Source: Endozoicomonas gorgoniicola (GTDB lineage Bacteria > Pseudomonadota > Gammaproteobacteria > Pseudomonadales > Endozoicomonadaceae). From it: a stretch of DNA of 24,000 bases. The translations under genes were made by a program, and so were the position numbers. The stretch lies in contig NZ_JAPFCC010000001.1 in NCBI RefSeq assembly GCF_025562715.2, positions 3,243,733 through 3,267,732 on the forward strand, written 5' to 3'. Shown here one piece after another: positions 15,456 through 23,212 of this stretch; position 1 is the stretch's first letter; every line of letters starts with the position of its first letter. The notes under the pieces were generated by a model. The model was not told where the DNA came from, ran no database searches, and saw only the letters and a program-made list of their open reading frames with translations.

Positions 15456-15888
15456 GGAGTCCCTCCAATAGGAAATCAATACTTCGCTAGTCTATTAAGC
15501 TATTTTACGATCAGGTATCAGTATTGACCCTGAAACAACCGCTTTTCAGGAATGAAATTATAGAGCTATCCCTATGATGGTCCCCATAAACCGTACAGCT
15601 ATTCTGTGGCGTTAGTCAGTCACACGTTACAGACAGTTAACGGAGATGTTGATAATAGAACGTTAATAAATACTCACCATGGATAATCAGTGAAATAAAA
15701 GGGTAGGACTTACGCATTGATGGCACCTGCTAATTGGGTGAAAGTCTCATATTGACTCTCTTTTCAGGGTCTGCAGCCCAATAAGTATGCAGTAGCAACA
15801 AATTTTCCCTGCCCAGCAAGGGTAACGGCCAAACACCGCTATGATGTTTACTGATAAAACGACACCATATTAGTGAGAGGCCGCCCCG

Positions 15889-16080
15889 ATGGAAGTATGT
15901 CAGCCACTGACTGAAATCGCCAATTCTTCCTGTCATGCAATTCAGCAGCTTGATCATAAACTGGAAGCTCTACGTCAACAGTTCGACCCCATTCAGCACT
16001 TTGAAGACTATGAAGGCGAAGTTCACAAGCTTTTTGCTCAGGCAGAGCGAGGTGTTCTGAAAGAGAAACCGGTCATTTAA
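15889..16080 (+). pseudogene. possible 5' remnant of a transposase gene (ISKra4/ISAzba1-like N-terminus, from memory)
   Basis: The 63-aa ORF ends 15 nt before the proposed IS110 end. The segment HFEDYEGEVHKLFAQAERGVLKE resembles the remembered F-E-x-F-E...AER.L..EL N-terminal pattern of that family. No continuation is found on the other side of the IS. Confidence 0.25.
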
Positions 16081-16130
16081 GAACGTCTACCTTCTGAGTA
16101 ACTCCTTCGGGACTAGTTATTTGCATAGAG

Positions 16131-17492
16131 TCAAGATGGTGAGGCTGTTTCAATTTCGACCAGTTTGTAACCCATGTCTTCAGCGCGCTTTCTCATGTTT
16201 TTAATGACTCGGTCACGGTATTGCTCCTCGTAGTAATCCTGACCTCTATCTACGTACTCTGAGCCGTTTTTCAGCATGCTGTAAATCAGCCGGGCAAGTT
16301 TATGTGCAGTCGCTGTAATCGCTTTTGGTGCCCCCAGCTTACTTCTCATTCGACGATAATAGGCTCCCAGCGCACTTTTCGAACTCACCAGAGTCAGTGC
16401 AGCCATACGCAGAGCAGAAGCGGCCCGGTTAGGGATTCTTTTGGTCTTGCTGCTCAACACTTTGCCTCCTGATATCTTGTTTCCCGGGCTCAGTCCCAGC
16501 CAGGAACAAAAGTGCTTCACTGTCGGCCAGCGACTCATGTCTGTACCAATTTCAGAAACTACCTTCAGGGCGGTATTTTCCTCTATTCCCTCAATCGATG
16601 TCAGATCTACCCCTGTCACCCGGTAAAGGTGAGTTCTTACATCAAAAGCAGGGGCGCTGGCTGATTTGCGTTTTGCAGGCAGAGAGATACTCTCGGACTT
16701 ATCATCAAACTGGTTCAACTGGTCTTCCAATGCCTTGTCACAAGCTTCAATTTGCTTTTCGTAAAAATCATAAAGCTCAACAGACTGCTTTAAGGCAAAT
16801 AGGTGTTCCACCCGGTAATGCCCATGCAGTGACTTAGCAATGACTTTCTCTGATTTTTTACAATGAGAGTCCCGGTGTTTGGCCAGTACCTCTGGGTCAC
16901 GCTCTCCCGCGAGAATGGAGAGAATGATACCCATCCCCGTTTTGCCAGTGATATCCGCAACGACATTGTCCAACAACAGGTTCATTTGCCGTAAAGCTTT
17001 CTGCATGTGCTGTATGTGCGACGCCCGGTAACGGATCAGGGTTTCACGCTGACGCATATAGGCACGCAAGGCACACACCTGATCTTCAGGGCGAAAAGCT
17101 CCCTCAAGCAGGCCATGAGTATGCAGTTGTTGTAACCACTGACAGTCCTGCACATCACTTTTACGACCAGGGACGTTTTTAACATGACGAGCATTCACCA
17201 GTTTGACGTCAAGGCCGTGCTCTTCAAGCATTTCGAAAGCGGGAATCCAATAGATTCCGGTAGACTCCATGACCACGGTCGTAATTCCGATTTTCACGAG
17301 CCATTGAGTCATCATTTCGAGATCAGAGGTAAAGCAGGCAAAAGACCGAACCGACTGTTCATCGAGCTCTTTAGGGACAGCAACAAAGTGGAACTCTGAA
17401 CCAATATCAATGCCTGCAGCATAGAGGTTCACGGTTTTTAGATGGCCAGATATCCGCTTTTGAACTTTAGCCGGATTTGGGTTGTGTTTCAT
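16131..17492 (-). CDS. IS110-family transposase/recombinase (DEDD RuvC-like N-domain plus Tnp C-domain)
   Basis: AAGIDIGSEFHFVAV (D), VVMESTGIYW (E), GRKSDVQDCQWL (D..D), and the C-terminal helix-hairpin-helix plus SGGK serine motif (SIEGIEENTALKVVSEIG...LGLSPGNKISGGK). 453 aa. Confidence 0.93.
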   Translation of the reverse strand: MKHNPNPAKVQKRISGHLKTVNLYAAGIDIGSEFHFVAVPKELDEQSVRSFACFTSDLEMMTQWLVKIGITTVVMESTGIYWIPAFEMLEEHGLDVKLVNARHVKNVPGRKSDVQDCQWLQQLHTHGLLEGAFRPEDQVCALRAYMRQRETLIRYRASHIQHMQKALRQMNLLLDNVVADITGKTGMGIILSILAGERDPEVLAKHRDSHCKKSEKVIAKSLHGHYRVEHLFALKQSVELYDFYEKQIEACDKALEDQLNQFDDKSESISLPAKRKSASAPAFDVRTHLYRVTGVDLTSIEGIEENTALKVVSEIGTDMSRWPTVKHFCSWLGLSPGNKISGGKVLSSKTKRIPNRAASALRMAALTLVSSKSALGAYYRRMRSKLGAPKAITATAHKLARLIYSMLKNGSEYVDRGQDYYEEQYRDRVIKNMRKRAEDMGYKLVEIETASPS

Positions 17493-17719
17493 GACTGCGT
17501 TCCTACACTACTGAACGAAGGCATATCCGGGTATGGGGCTGTCGATCATATGCAGTCTTCTGAACGAGATCGCCAGGCGTCATCAGTGATGCGGTCGCCA
17601 GCCTCCCGACCACGCTAAACTTCGGGCAAGAGCACCAGTGTGCGTTCGGTCTCTGGCTCGGATATGCCTCCTTCCTTATCGTAGGACGAAGAATTGAGGT
17701 TGGCAGCTAAGAGTTACTC
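17493..17719 (-). ncRNA. candidate IS110 bridge (seeker) RNA in the left non-coding end
   Basis: The position upstream of the recombinase gene matches that described for IS110-subgroup bridge RNAs. A long-range stem GGCATATCCG (17520-17529) / CGGATATGCC (17659-17668) encloses about 130 nt with further local hairpins (e.g. 17591-17615). No covariance model could be run. Confidence 0.4.
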
Positions 17720-17729
17720 TGGGTTGTGT

Positions 17730-17744
17730 GCCCGCCGGGCGGGC
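17730..17744. repeat. GC-rich palindrome just outside the IS left end
   Basis: GCCCGCC-G-GGCGGGC. It can form a 5-6 bp all-GC hairpin. Confidence 0.5.
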
Positions 17745-17751
17745 TAGTCCG

Positions 17752-17901
17752 CTAAACTCGAGTATCATAAATATCCACTCCAAATTCCAAAGCGTTAATC
17801 AGCAAACCAATCATAATATCGTGCATCTAAACTCGAGTATCATAAATATCCACTCCAAATTCCAAAGCGTTAATCAGCAAACCAATCATAATATCGTGCA
17901 T
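17752..17901. repeat. perfect tandem duplication, 2 x 75 bp
   Basis: Copies 17752-17826 and 17827-17901 are read as identical. A 2-nt CT microhomology occurs at 17752, 17827 and 17902. Confidence 0.95.
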
Positions 17902-17961
17902 CTTGTCTATTTTGGAAAAACAGGAAATGTGCTTACCCACACATCTGACCCACTAACCAAC

Positions 17962-18600
17962 TTATTCCTGATCCGGGCGGTGAGTTGCGGATACATTAAT
18001 ACAATAAGAGTGTAAGTTTTCGATGGCCATACGGGAGACTGCATGGATCATTTGTTTGGAAGTATCATCTACGGAGTGGACTGATAACCCATTAAGTACA
18101 GTGGTAAGATAGTGACACATTACCTTGGGATTTGCTCCATCAACCAGCTGGCCTTCTTTTCGAGCTTTCTCAAAGCGCCGTTGAAGCACTTCACTCATCT
18201 CGTTGCGACACTTAATGAGGGCCTGTTTTATGGTGCTGGCTTCCGAACTACAAACCAAAGCTCCTTGAATTATCAGGCAACCTTTGGGTTTCTCTTCACT
18301 ACAATTTGCCTGTGCTGAGCCTTGTAAAATGCTTGTGATGACTTGATGTATATCATCCAGTTCTAATGCCTGAAAAAAGAATTCAGTTTCGCATCTTATG
18401 TACATATCGACAGCTTTAAGAAACAGTTCCTCTTTATTGCCGAAGGTGTCATACATACTGGGCTTGTTAATACCCATAGCCTTAGTCAGGTCTTTGACTG
18501 AGGCTCCTTCATACCCTTGACTCCAAAAAATTTTTAATGCTTCTTCCAAGGCTGTCTCTTGGTTAAAAGAACGCGGGCGGCCAGAAGTTCCAACTACCAT
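17962..18600 (-). CDS. TetR/AcrR-family transcriptional regulator
   Basis: N-terminal HTH ALEEALKIFWSQGYEGASVKDLTKAMGINKPSMYDTFGNKEELF. The gene is divergent from an RND efflux operon. Confidence 0.9.
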   Translation of the reverse strand: MVVGTSGRPRSFNQETALEEALKIFWSQGYEGASVKDLTKAMGINKPSMYDTFGNKEELFLKAVDMYIRCETEFFFQALELDDIHQVITSILQGSAQANCSEEKPKGCLIIQGALVCSSEASTIKQALIKCRNEMSEVLQRRFEKARKEGQLVDGANPKVMCHYLTTVLNGLSVHSVDDTSKQMIHAVSRMAIENLHSYCINVSATHRPDQE

Positions 18601-18695
18601 GATTTTTCTGTCATTTACTATGAAAATGTTTAAATCTTAATGTGGCTGTCATACGTTGTCTATAGATAATAACTACTCATTTTTATAGATTATTC

Positions 18696-18736
18696 TTGAT
18701 TTAAATCAATATATATACTTATCATACCGATCGGTA
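18696..18736 (+). promoter_or_regulatory. candidate efflux-operon promoter with two perfect palindromes (probable operators)
   Basis: TTGATTTAAATCAA (18696-18709, 14-bp perfect palindrome) contains a possible -35 TTGATT. An 18-nt spacer precedes TATCAT (18720-18725). TACCGATCGGTA (18725-18736, 12-bp perfect palindrome) overlaps the -10 and +1. GAGGA lies 7 nt before the ATG at 18761. Confidence 0.45.
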
Positions 18737-18760
18737 CAAAATCAGTCTGAGGATGGTGAG

Positions 18761-19987
18761 ATGATAGGTAAATACCTTGGTTTTCCCCTTTTTCTTATCT
18801 CAATTGCAGCACTTTTTGTGCTGTCGGGATGTCAGGATTCACATGCAGTATCATCTGAGAAAACACCTCCGCCTCCAAGGGTTGAAGTGGCTCAGGTGTT
18901 AGTTGAAAAAATAACAGAGCTAGATGAGTACACAGGTCGTTTGGAATCTCCGCAGACAGTGACAGTAGTGCCTCGTGTGTCAGGCTACGTTGACAGGGTC
19001 GATTTTAAAGAGGGAAGCATGGTTGAAGTGGGTGATGTCCTCTTCTCTATTGATAGTCGATGGTTCACAGCTGAAGTTACACGGATCAAAGCTGAACTAA
19101 GCAGCGCTCAAACGAGTTTGAATCAAGCGATTAAAGATTATGAGCGTGTTCTGCGCCTGGGTAAAACTAAGGCTATTTCGCAGGAAACCATTGATGCACG
19201 ATTTGCTGACAAGCAGCGCAGTATTGCAAGCGTATCAGCGTTAAAAGCAGCCTTGGCCAAGGCAGAGCTGGATCTGGAATTTACACTGGTTCGCGCACCT
19301 ATCGCAGGTAAAGTATCGAATGCCGAAGTCACTAAGGGTAACTACGTTACGACTGGTCAAACAGTGTTGACCTCTTTGGTATCTACGTCTCATATGTATG
19401 CTTACTTTGATGTTGATGAGCGAAGTTTTTTTAAGTATCAAAAGCTTAATGGCTTCCTGCCAACAGGTGGTGAAATGGATAATAATGTAGTGCAAATGTC
19501 CCTGGCGAATGATACTGGCTACCCGCACGTTGGTCACATTGATTTTGTCGACAATGCCATTGATGAAGCTACTGGAACCATTCGTGTTCGCGCAGTCTTT
19601 GATAATAAAGCACAAAACTTACTTCCAGGTATGTTTGCCAAACTGCGTATCGCTGGATCTGAGAGCTATCAGGGCGTGCTGATCGATAACAAAGCAATTG
19701 GCACCGATCTGAACAATAAGTACGTACTGGTTCTTGGTGAAGACAACATTGTTCAGTATCGGGCAATCTCTCTTGGTGAAGGTGTGAATGGCTTGCGTAT
19801 CGTGTCCTCTGGCCTCAATGCAGGTGACAGGATTGTCGTAAATGGCCTGCAACGTGTGAGACCCAATATGGCTGTGACGCCTGACGAGGTTCCTATGGTT
19901 GATGACAACACCTTAGTGAATATTCGTCAGCAACAGGCACTACTTGATAAGCAGCGCAGTCAGCTTCTGACTTTGCAAGGGAACTGA
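18761..19987 (+). CDS. RND efflux periplasmic adaptor (membrane fusion protein) lipoprotein
   Basis: Lipobox LSGC at the end of the signal peptide. Biotinyl/lipoyl-like and coiled-coil hairpin regions (…YTGRLESPQTVTVVPRVSGYV…VRAPIAGKVS…) are typical of AcrA/MexA-type adaptors. Confidence 0.92.
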   Translation: MIGKYLGFPLFLISIAALFVLSGCQDSHAVSSEKTPPPPRVEVAQVLVEKITELDEYTGRLESPQTVTVVPRVSGYVDRVDFKEGSMVEVGDVLFSIDSRWFTAEVTRIKAELSSAQTSLNQAIKDYERVLRLGKTKAISQETIDARFADKQRSIASVSALKAALAKAELDLEFTLVRAPIAGKVSNAEVTKGNYVTTGQTVLTSLVSTSHMYAYFDVDERSFFKYQKLNGFLPTGGEMDNNVVQMSLANDTGYPHVGHIDFVDNAIDEATGTIRVRAVFDNKAQNLLPGMFAKLRIAGSESYQGVLIDNKAIGTDLNNKYVLVLGEDNIVQYRAISLGEGVNGLRIVSSGLNAGDRIVVNGLQRVRPNMAVTPDEVPMVDDNTLVNIRQQQALLDKQRSQLLTLQGN

Positions 19988-20002
19988 TAGGGAATCGTTG
20001 CA

Positions 20003-23000
20003 ATGTTTTCTCAGTTTTTTATACGTCGGCCGATCTTCGCTTCCGTTCTATCAATACTGATTTTTATCGGTGGTGCGATTGCTGTGTGGCAACTGCCTGT
20101 CACCGAGTACCCGGAAGTGGTTCCACCGACAGTGGTTGTTACAGCAACGTATCCGGGAGCAAACCCTAAGGTCATAGCAGATACGGTTGCCTCTCCACTT
20201 GAAGAAGAAATAAACGGTGTTGAAGACATGCTGTATATGTCTTCACAAGCGACTTCAGATGGTGTGATGACCTTAACGGTGACATTTGCCATTGGTACGA
20301 ACGTAGATAAAGCGCAGACTCTTGTTCAGAGTCGTGTAGATCGTGCTTTACCTCGTTTACCGGAAACCGTGCAGCGACTGGGTGTGGTGACGGAGAAGTC
20401 ATCGCCTGATTTGACGATGGTGATTCACCTGATTTCACCAGACGAGCGCTATGATTCGCTGTATCTGGCTAACTATGCAGCGCTAAACGTCAAAGATGAA
20501 CTGGCTCGGATTGAAGGTGTGGGTGCTGTTCGTCTGTTTGGTGGCGGCGAGTACAGTATGCGCATCTGGCTAGATCCTGACAAGGTTGCCAGTCTGGACA
20601 TGAATCCAGGCGAAGTCATTGCTGCGATTCAGGAACAAAACCAACAGGCTGCGGCTGGTAGCTTGGGGGCTCAGCCCAGTGGTAGCTCTGACTTCCAGTT
20701 ATTGATCAATGTCAAAGGCCGTCTGAGCGAAGTTGAAGAATTTGAAAATATCATCATTAAAGTGGGTGATGATGGTCAGGTAAATCGTCTCAAAGATGTT
20801 GCTCGTATTGAGCTGGGTGCGGAAAACTATTCTCTACGTTCTTTATTGGATAACCAGGATGCTGTTGCTATTCCTATTTTCCAGGCGTCCGGGTCGAATG
20901 CTATTCAGATTTCTGACGACGTAAGAGCAAAAATGGCGGAGCTATCAAAAAGTTTCCCCCAGGGTGTGAGTTACGAAATTGTTTATGACCCGACGGTATT
21001 CGTACGTGGTTCGATTGAAGCCGTTGTACAGACATTATTTGAAGCGTTGTTGCTGGTCGTACTGGTTGTAGTCCTGTTCTTACAAACCTGGCGCGCCTCG
21101 ATTATCCCGTTAGTAGCAGTACCGGTTTCTCTGGTTGGTACGTTTGCCTTCATGTATTTGATGGGCTTCTCGTTAAATGCTCTGTCATTGTTTGGTTTGG
21201 TTCTGGCGATCGGCATCGTTGTCGATGACGCCATAGTGGTGGTAGAAAACGTAGAGCGAAACATTGAAGAAGGGCTTGCACCCGTTGCAGCTACGGAAAA
21301 AGCGATGCGCGAAGTTACCGGGCCGATCGTCGCGACAACGCTGGTACTGGCTGCTGTGTTTATTCCAACAGCCTTTATGTCCGGGCTGACCGGACAATTC
21401 TATAAACAATTTGCACTAACAATTACTGTCTCAACCTTTATTTCAGCAATCAACTCCCTGACATTAAGTCCTGCGTTGTCAGCCCTGCTGTTGCGTGGTC
21501 ACGATCAACCGAAAGATTGGTTAACTCGTGTCATGGATAGCCTCTTTGGCCGCTTTATCTTTACGCCATTCAACAAGCTGTTTAAGCGTGGCTCCATAGC
21601 GTATGGCTATACAGTGAAGAAGGTCATCCGCCTGGGGGCTGTGATTGGCTTGATGTATATTGGCTTGTTAGGACTGACAGCGTATCAGTTTGATCAGACA
21701 CCAACGGGTTACGTGCCAGGTCAGGATAAGCAATATCTGGTGGCCTTTGCGCAACTGCCAGATGCTGCATCACTCGAACGTACCGATGCGGTTATTCGAG
21801 AAATGTCGGAAATTGCTTTGGCTCAACCAGGGGTTGAACATTCAGTCGCTTTCCCGGGTCTGAGTATTAACGGCTTCACCAATAGCCCGAATAGCGGAGT
21901 TGTGTTTACCCCTTTAGCAGACTTTGATGAGCGGCAGGCCCCGAACTTGAGTGCCAATGCGATTGCTGCGCAGCTAAACCAGAAATTCGCTTCGATTCCT
22001 GACGCCTTTATCGCTATTTTCCCTCCGCCACCCGTTCAGGGGTTGGGAACGATTGGTGGTTTCCGTCTTCAAATTCAGGACAAAGCCAATCATGGTTACG
22101 AGGCTTTATATAGAGTGACTCAGCAAGTGATTATGAAAGCCTGGGCTCATCCTGCGCTAACGGGTATATTCTCAAGCTATCAGGTCAACGTACCACAGCT
22201 GGATCTGGATATTGACCGTACTAAAGCGCTCAAGCACGACCTGTCACTAAACGATGTGTTCTCCACTTTGCAGTCATATATGGGCAGTACCTATGTGAAT
22301 GATATTAACCGCTTTGGTCGAACTTACCAGGTCAATGTTCAGGCTGATGAAGAGTTCCGACAGACGCCAGAACAGATTCGGCAACTGAAAGTCCGCAATG
22401 CAGACGGGGAAATGATTCCGCTCGGTGCCTTTGTTGACGTGAACTACAGTGCAGGACCAGATCGTGTGATGCATTACAACGCTTACACAACGGCTGAAGT
22501 AAATGGTAGCCCGATGCCTGGTTTTAGCTCTGGAGAAGCTCAAGCTGCAATTGAGCAGATTCTTGCTGAAACGTTACCTATAGGTATGGCTTACGAATGG
22601 ACTCAACTGACTTATCAGCAGAAGCTGGCAGGCAATACTGCGACCCTGATTTACCCATTGGTGATCTTATTGGTATTTTTAGTGCTGGCCGCACAGTATG
22701 AGAATGTTCGTTTGCCAATGGCTATCATACTGATCATTCCGATGACGCTGCTTTCAGCTATCAGTGGTGTGATTCTATGGGGTAGCGATAATAACATCTT
22801 TACCCAGATTGGTTTGATTGTACTGGTCGGTCTGGCAACTAAGAACGCAATTTTGATCGTTGAGTTCGCTAAGGAACTGCAGGATAAAGGTTACACACTG
22901 ATGGAAGCGATACTAGAGGCTTCACACCTTCGTTTGCGACCGATTCTGATGACGTCAATCGCCTTTATTATGGGAGTCGTCCCTATGGTGTTCTCTACTG

Positions 23001-23173
23001 GCGCAGGCTCAGAAATGCGACAGGCGATGGGGATCGCTGTATTTTCCGGTATGATTGGTGTGACTGTATTTGGTTTGCTACTAACTCCATTGTTTTACTA
23101 CGTGCTTGCGAAAAACAGCACAGAGAAGAAAAGTGAAGCGCAGCAAAACCTGATATCTGAGTCAGTGAATTAG
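20003..23173 (+). CDS. RND multidrug efflux permease (HAE1, AcrB/MexB-like)
   Basis: 1056 aa. The N-terminus is MFSQFFIRRPIFASVLSILIFIGG. The 12-TM architecture has two large periplasmic loops. The conserved TM4 segment LVLAIGIVVDDAIVVVENVER is present. Confidence 0.95.
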   Translation: MFSQFFIRRPIFASVLSILIFIGGAIAVWQLPVTEYPEVVPPTVVVTATYPGANPKVIADTVASPLEEEINGVEDMLYMSSQATSDGVMTLTVTFAIGTNVDKAQTLVQSRVDRALPRLPETVQRLGVVTEKSSPDLTMVIHLISPDERYDSLYLANYAALNVKDELARIEGVGAVRLFGGGEYSMRIWLDPDKVASLDMNPGEVIAAIQEQNQQAAAGSLGAQPSGSSDFQLLINVKGRLSEVEEFENIIIKVGDDGQVNRLKDVARIELGAENYSLRSLLDNQDAVAIPIFQASGSNAIQISDDVRAKMAELSKSFPQGVSYEIVYDPTVFVRGSIEAVVQTLFEALLLVVLVVVLFLQTWRASIIPLVAVPVSLVGTFAFMYLMGFSLNALSLFGLVLAIGIVVDDAIVVVENVERNIEEGLAPVAATEKAMREVTGPIVATTLVLAAVFIPTAFMSGLTGQFYKQFALTITVSTFISAINSLTLSPALSALLLRGHDQPKDWLTRVMDSLFGRFIFTPFNKLFKRGSIAYGYTVKKVIRLGAVIGLMYIGLLGLTAYQFDQTPTGYVPGQDKQYLVAFAQLPDAASLERTDAVIREMSEIALAQPGVEHSVAFPGLSINGFTNSPNSGVVFTPLADFDERQAPNLSANAIAAQLNQKFASIPDAFIAIFPPPPVQGLGTIGGFRLQIQDKANHGYEALYRVTQQVIMKAWAHPALTGIFSSYQVNVPQLDLDIDRTKALKHDLSLNDVFSTLQSYMGSTYVNDINRFGRTYQVNVQADEEFRQTPEQIRQLKVRNADGEMIPLGAFVDVNYSAGPDRVMHYNAYTTAEVNGSPMPGFSSGEAQAAIEQILAETLPIGMAYEWTQLTYQQKLAGNTATLIYPLVILLVFLVLAAQYENVRLPMAIILIIPMTLLSAISGVILWGSDNNIFTQIGLIVLVGLATKNAILIVEFAKELQDKGYTLMEAILEASHLRLRPILMTSIAFIMGVVPMVFSTGAGSEMRQAMGIAVFSGMIGVTVFGLLLTPLFYYVLAKNSTEKKSEAQQNLISESVN

Positions 23174-23185
23174 TCCATTGACTGA

Positions 23186-23212
23186 TCCCTCTATTCTGAG
23201 TGATTAGAGGGA
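23186..23212 (+). terminator. weak hairpin after the RND pump gene
   Basis: 8-bp stem TCCCTCTA (23186-23193) / TAGAGGGA (23205-23212) with an 11-nt loop. No T-tract follows. Confidence 0.25.

Larger units (their letters stand above)
16096..17719 (-). mobile_element. IS110-family insertion sequence (ends approximate)
   Basis: Intact DEDD/Ser transposase gene with a long 227-nt upstream and a short 35-nt downstream non-coding end, as in the IS110 subgroup. A 9-bp inverted repeat GAGTAACTC (16096-16104) / GAGTTACTC (17711-17719) lies at the expected places. CT dinucleotides occur at both junctions (16094-16095, 17719-17720). Confidence 0.75.

Noticed and set aside
15480-15730. Looked for an FNR box (TTGAT-N4-ATCAA) or riboswitch-like structure upstream of the glycyl-radical enzyme gene.
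   Set aside because: Only isolated half-sites were seen. A perfect TATAAT (minus strand, 15562-15557) and a 7-bp hairpin (about 15526-15548) exist, but without a convincing -35 or conserved fold. They are not reported as features.
15730-15957. 75-aa minus-strand ORF in the gap between the GRE gene and IS110.
   Set aside because: There are no translation signals and the composition is Trp/Cys/Leu-rich and odd. It overlaps the more plausible, though still weak, plus-strand transposase-like stub.
17728-18015. 95-aa plus-strand ORF running through both 75-bp repeat copies (internal 25-aa protein repeat).
   Set aside because: It has a GTG start inside a GC palindrome with no SD and overlaps the TetR gene 3' end on the opposite strand. 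Its openness is a by-product of the repeat length being divisible by three.
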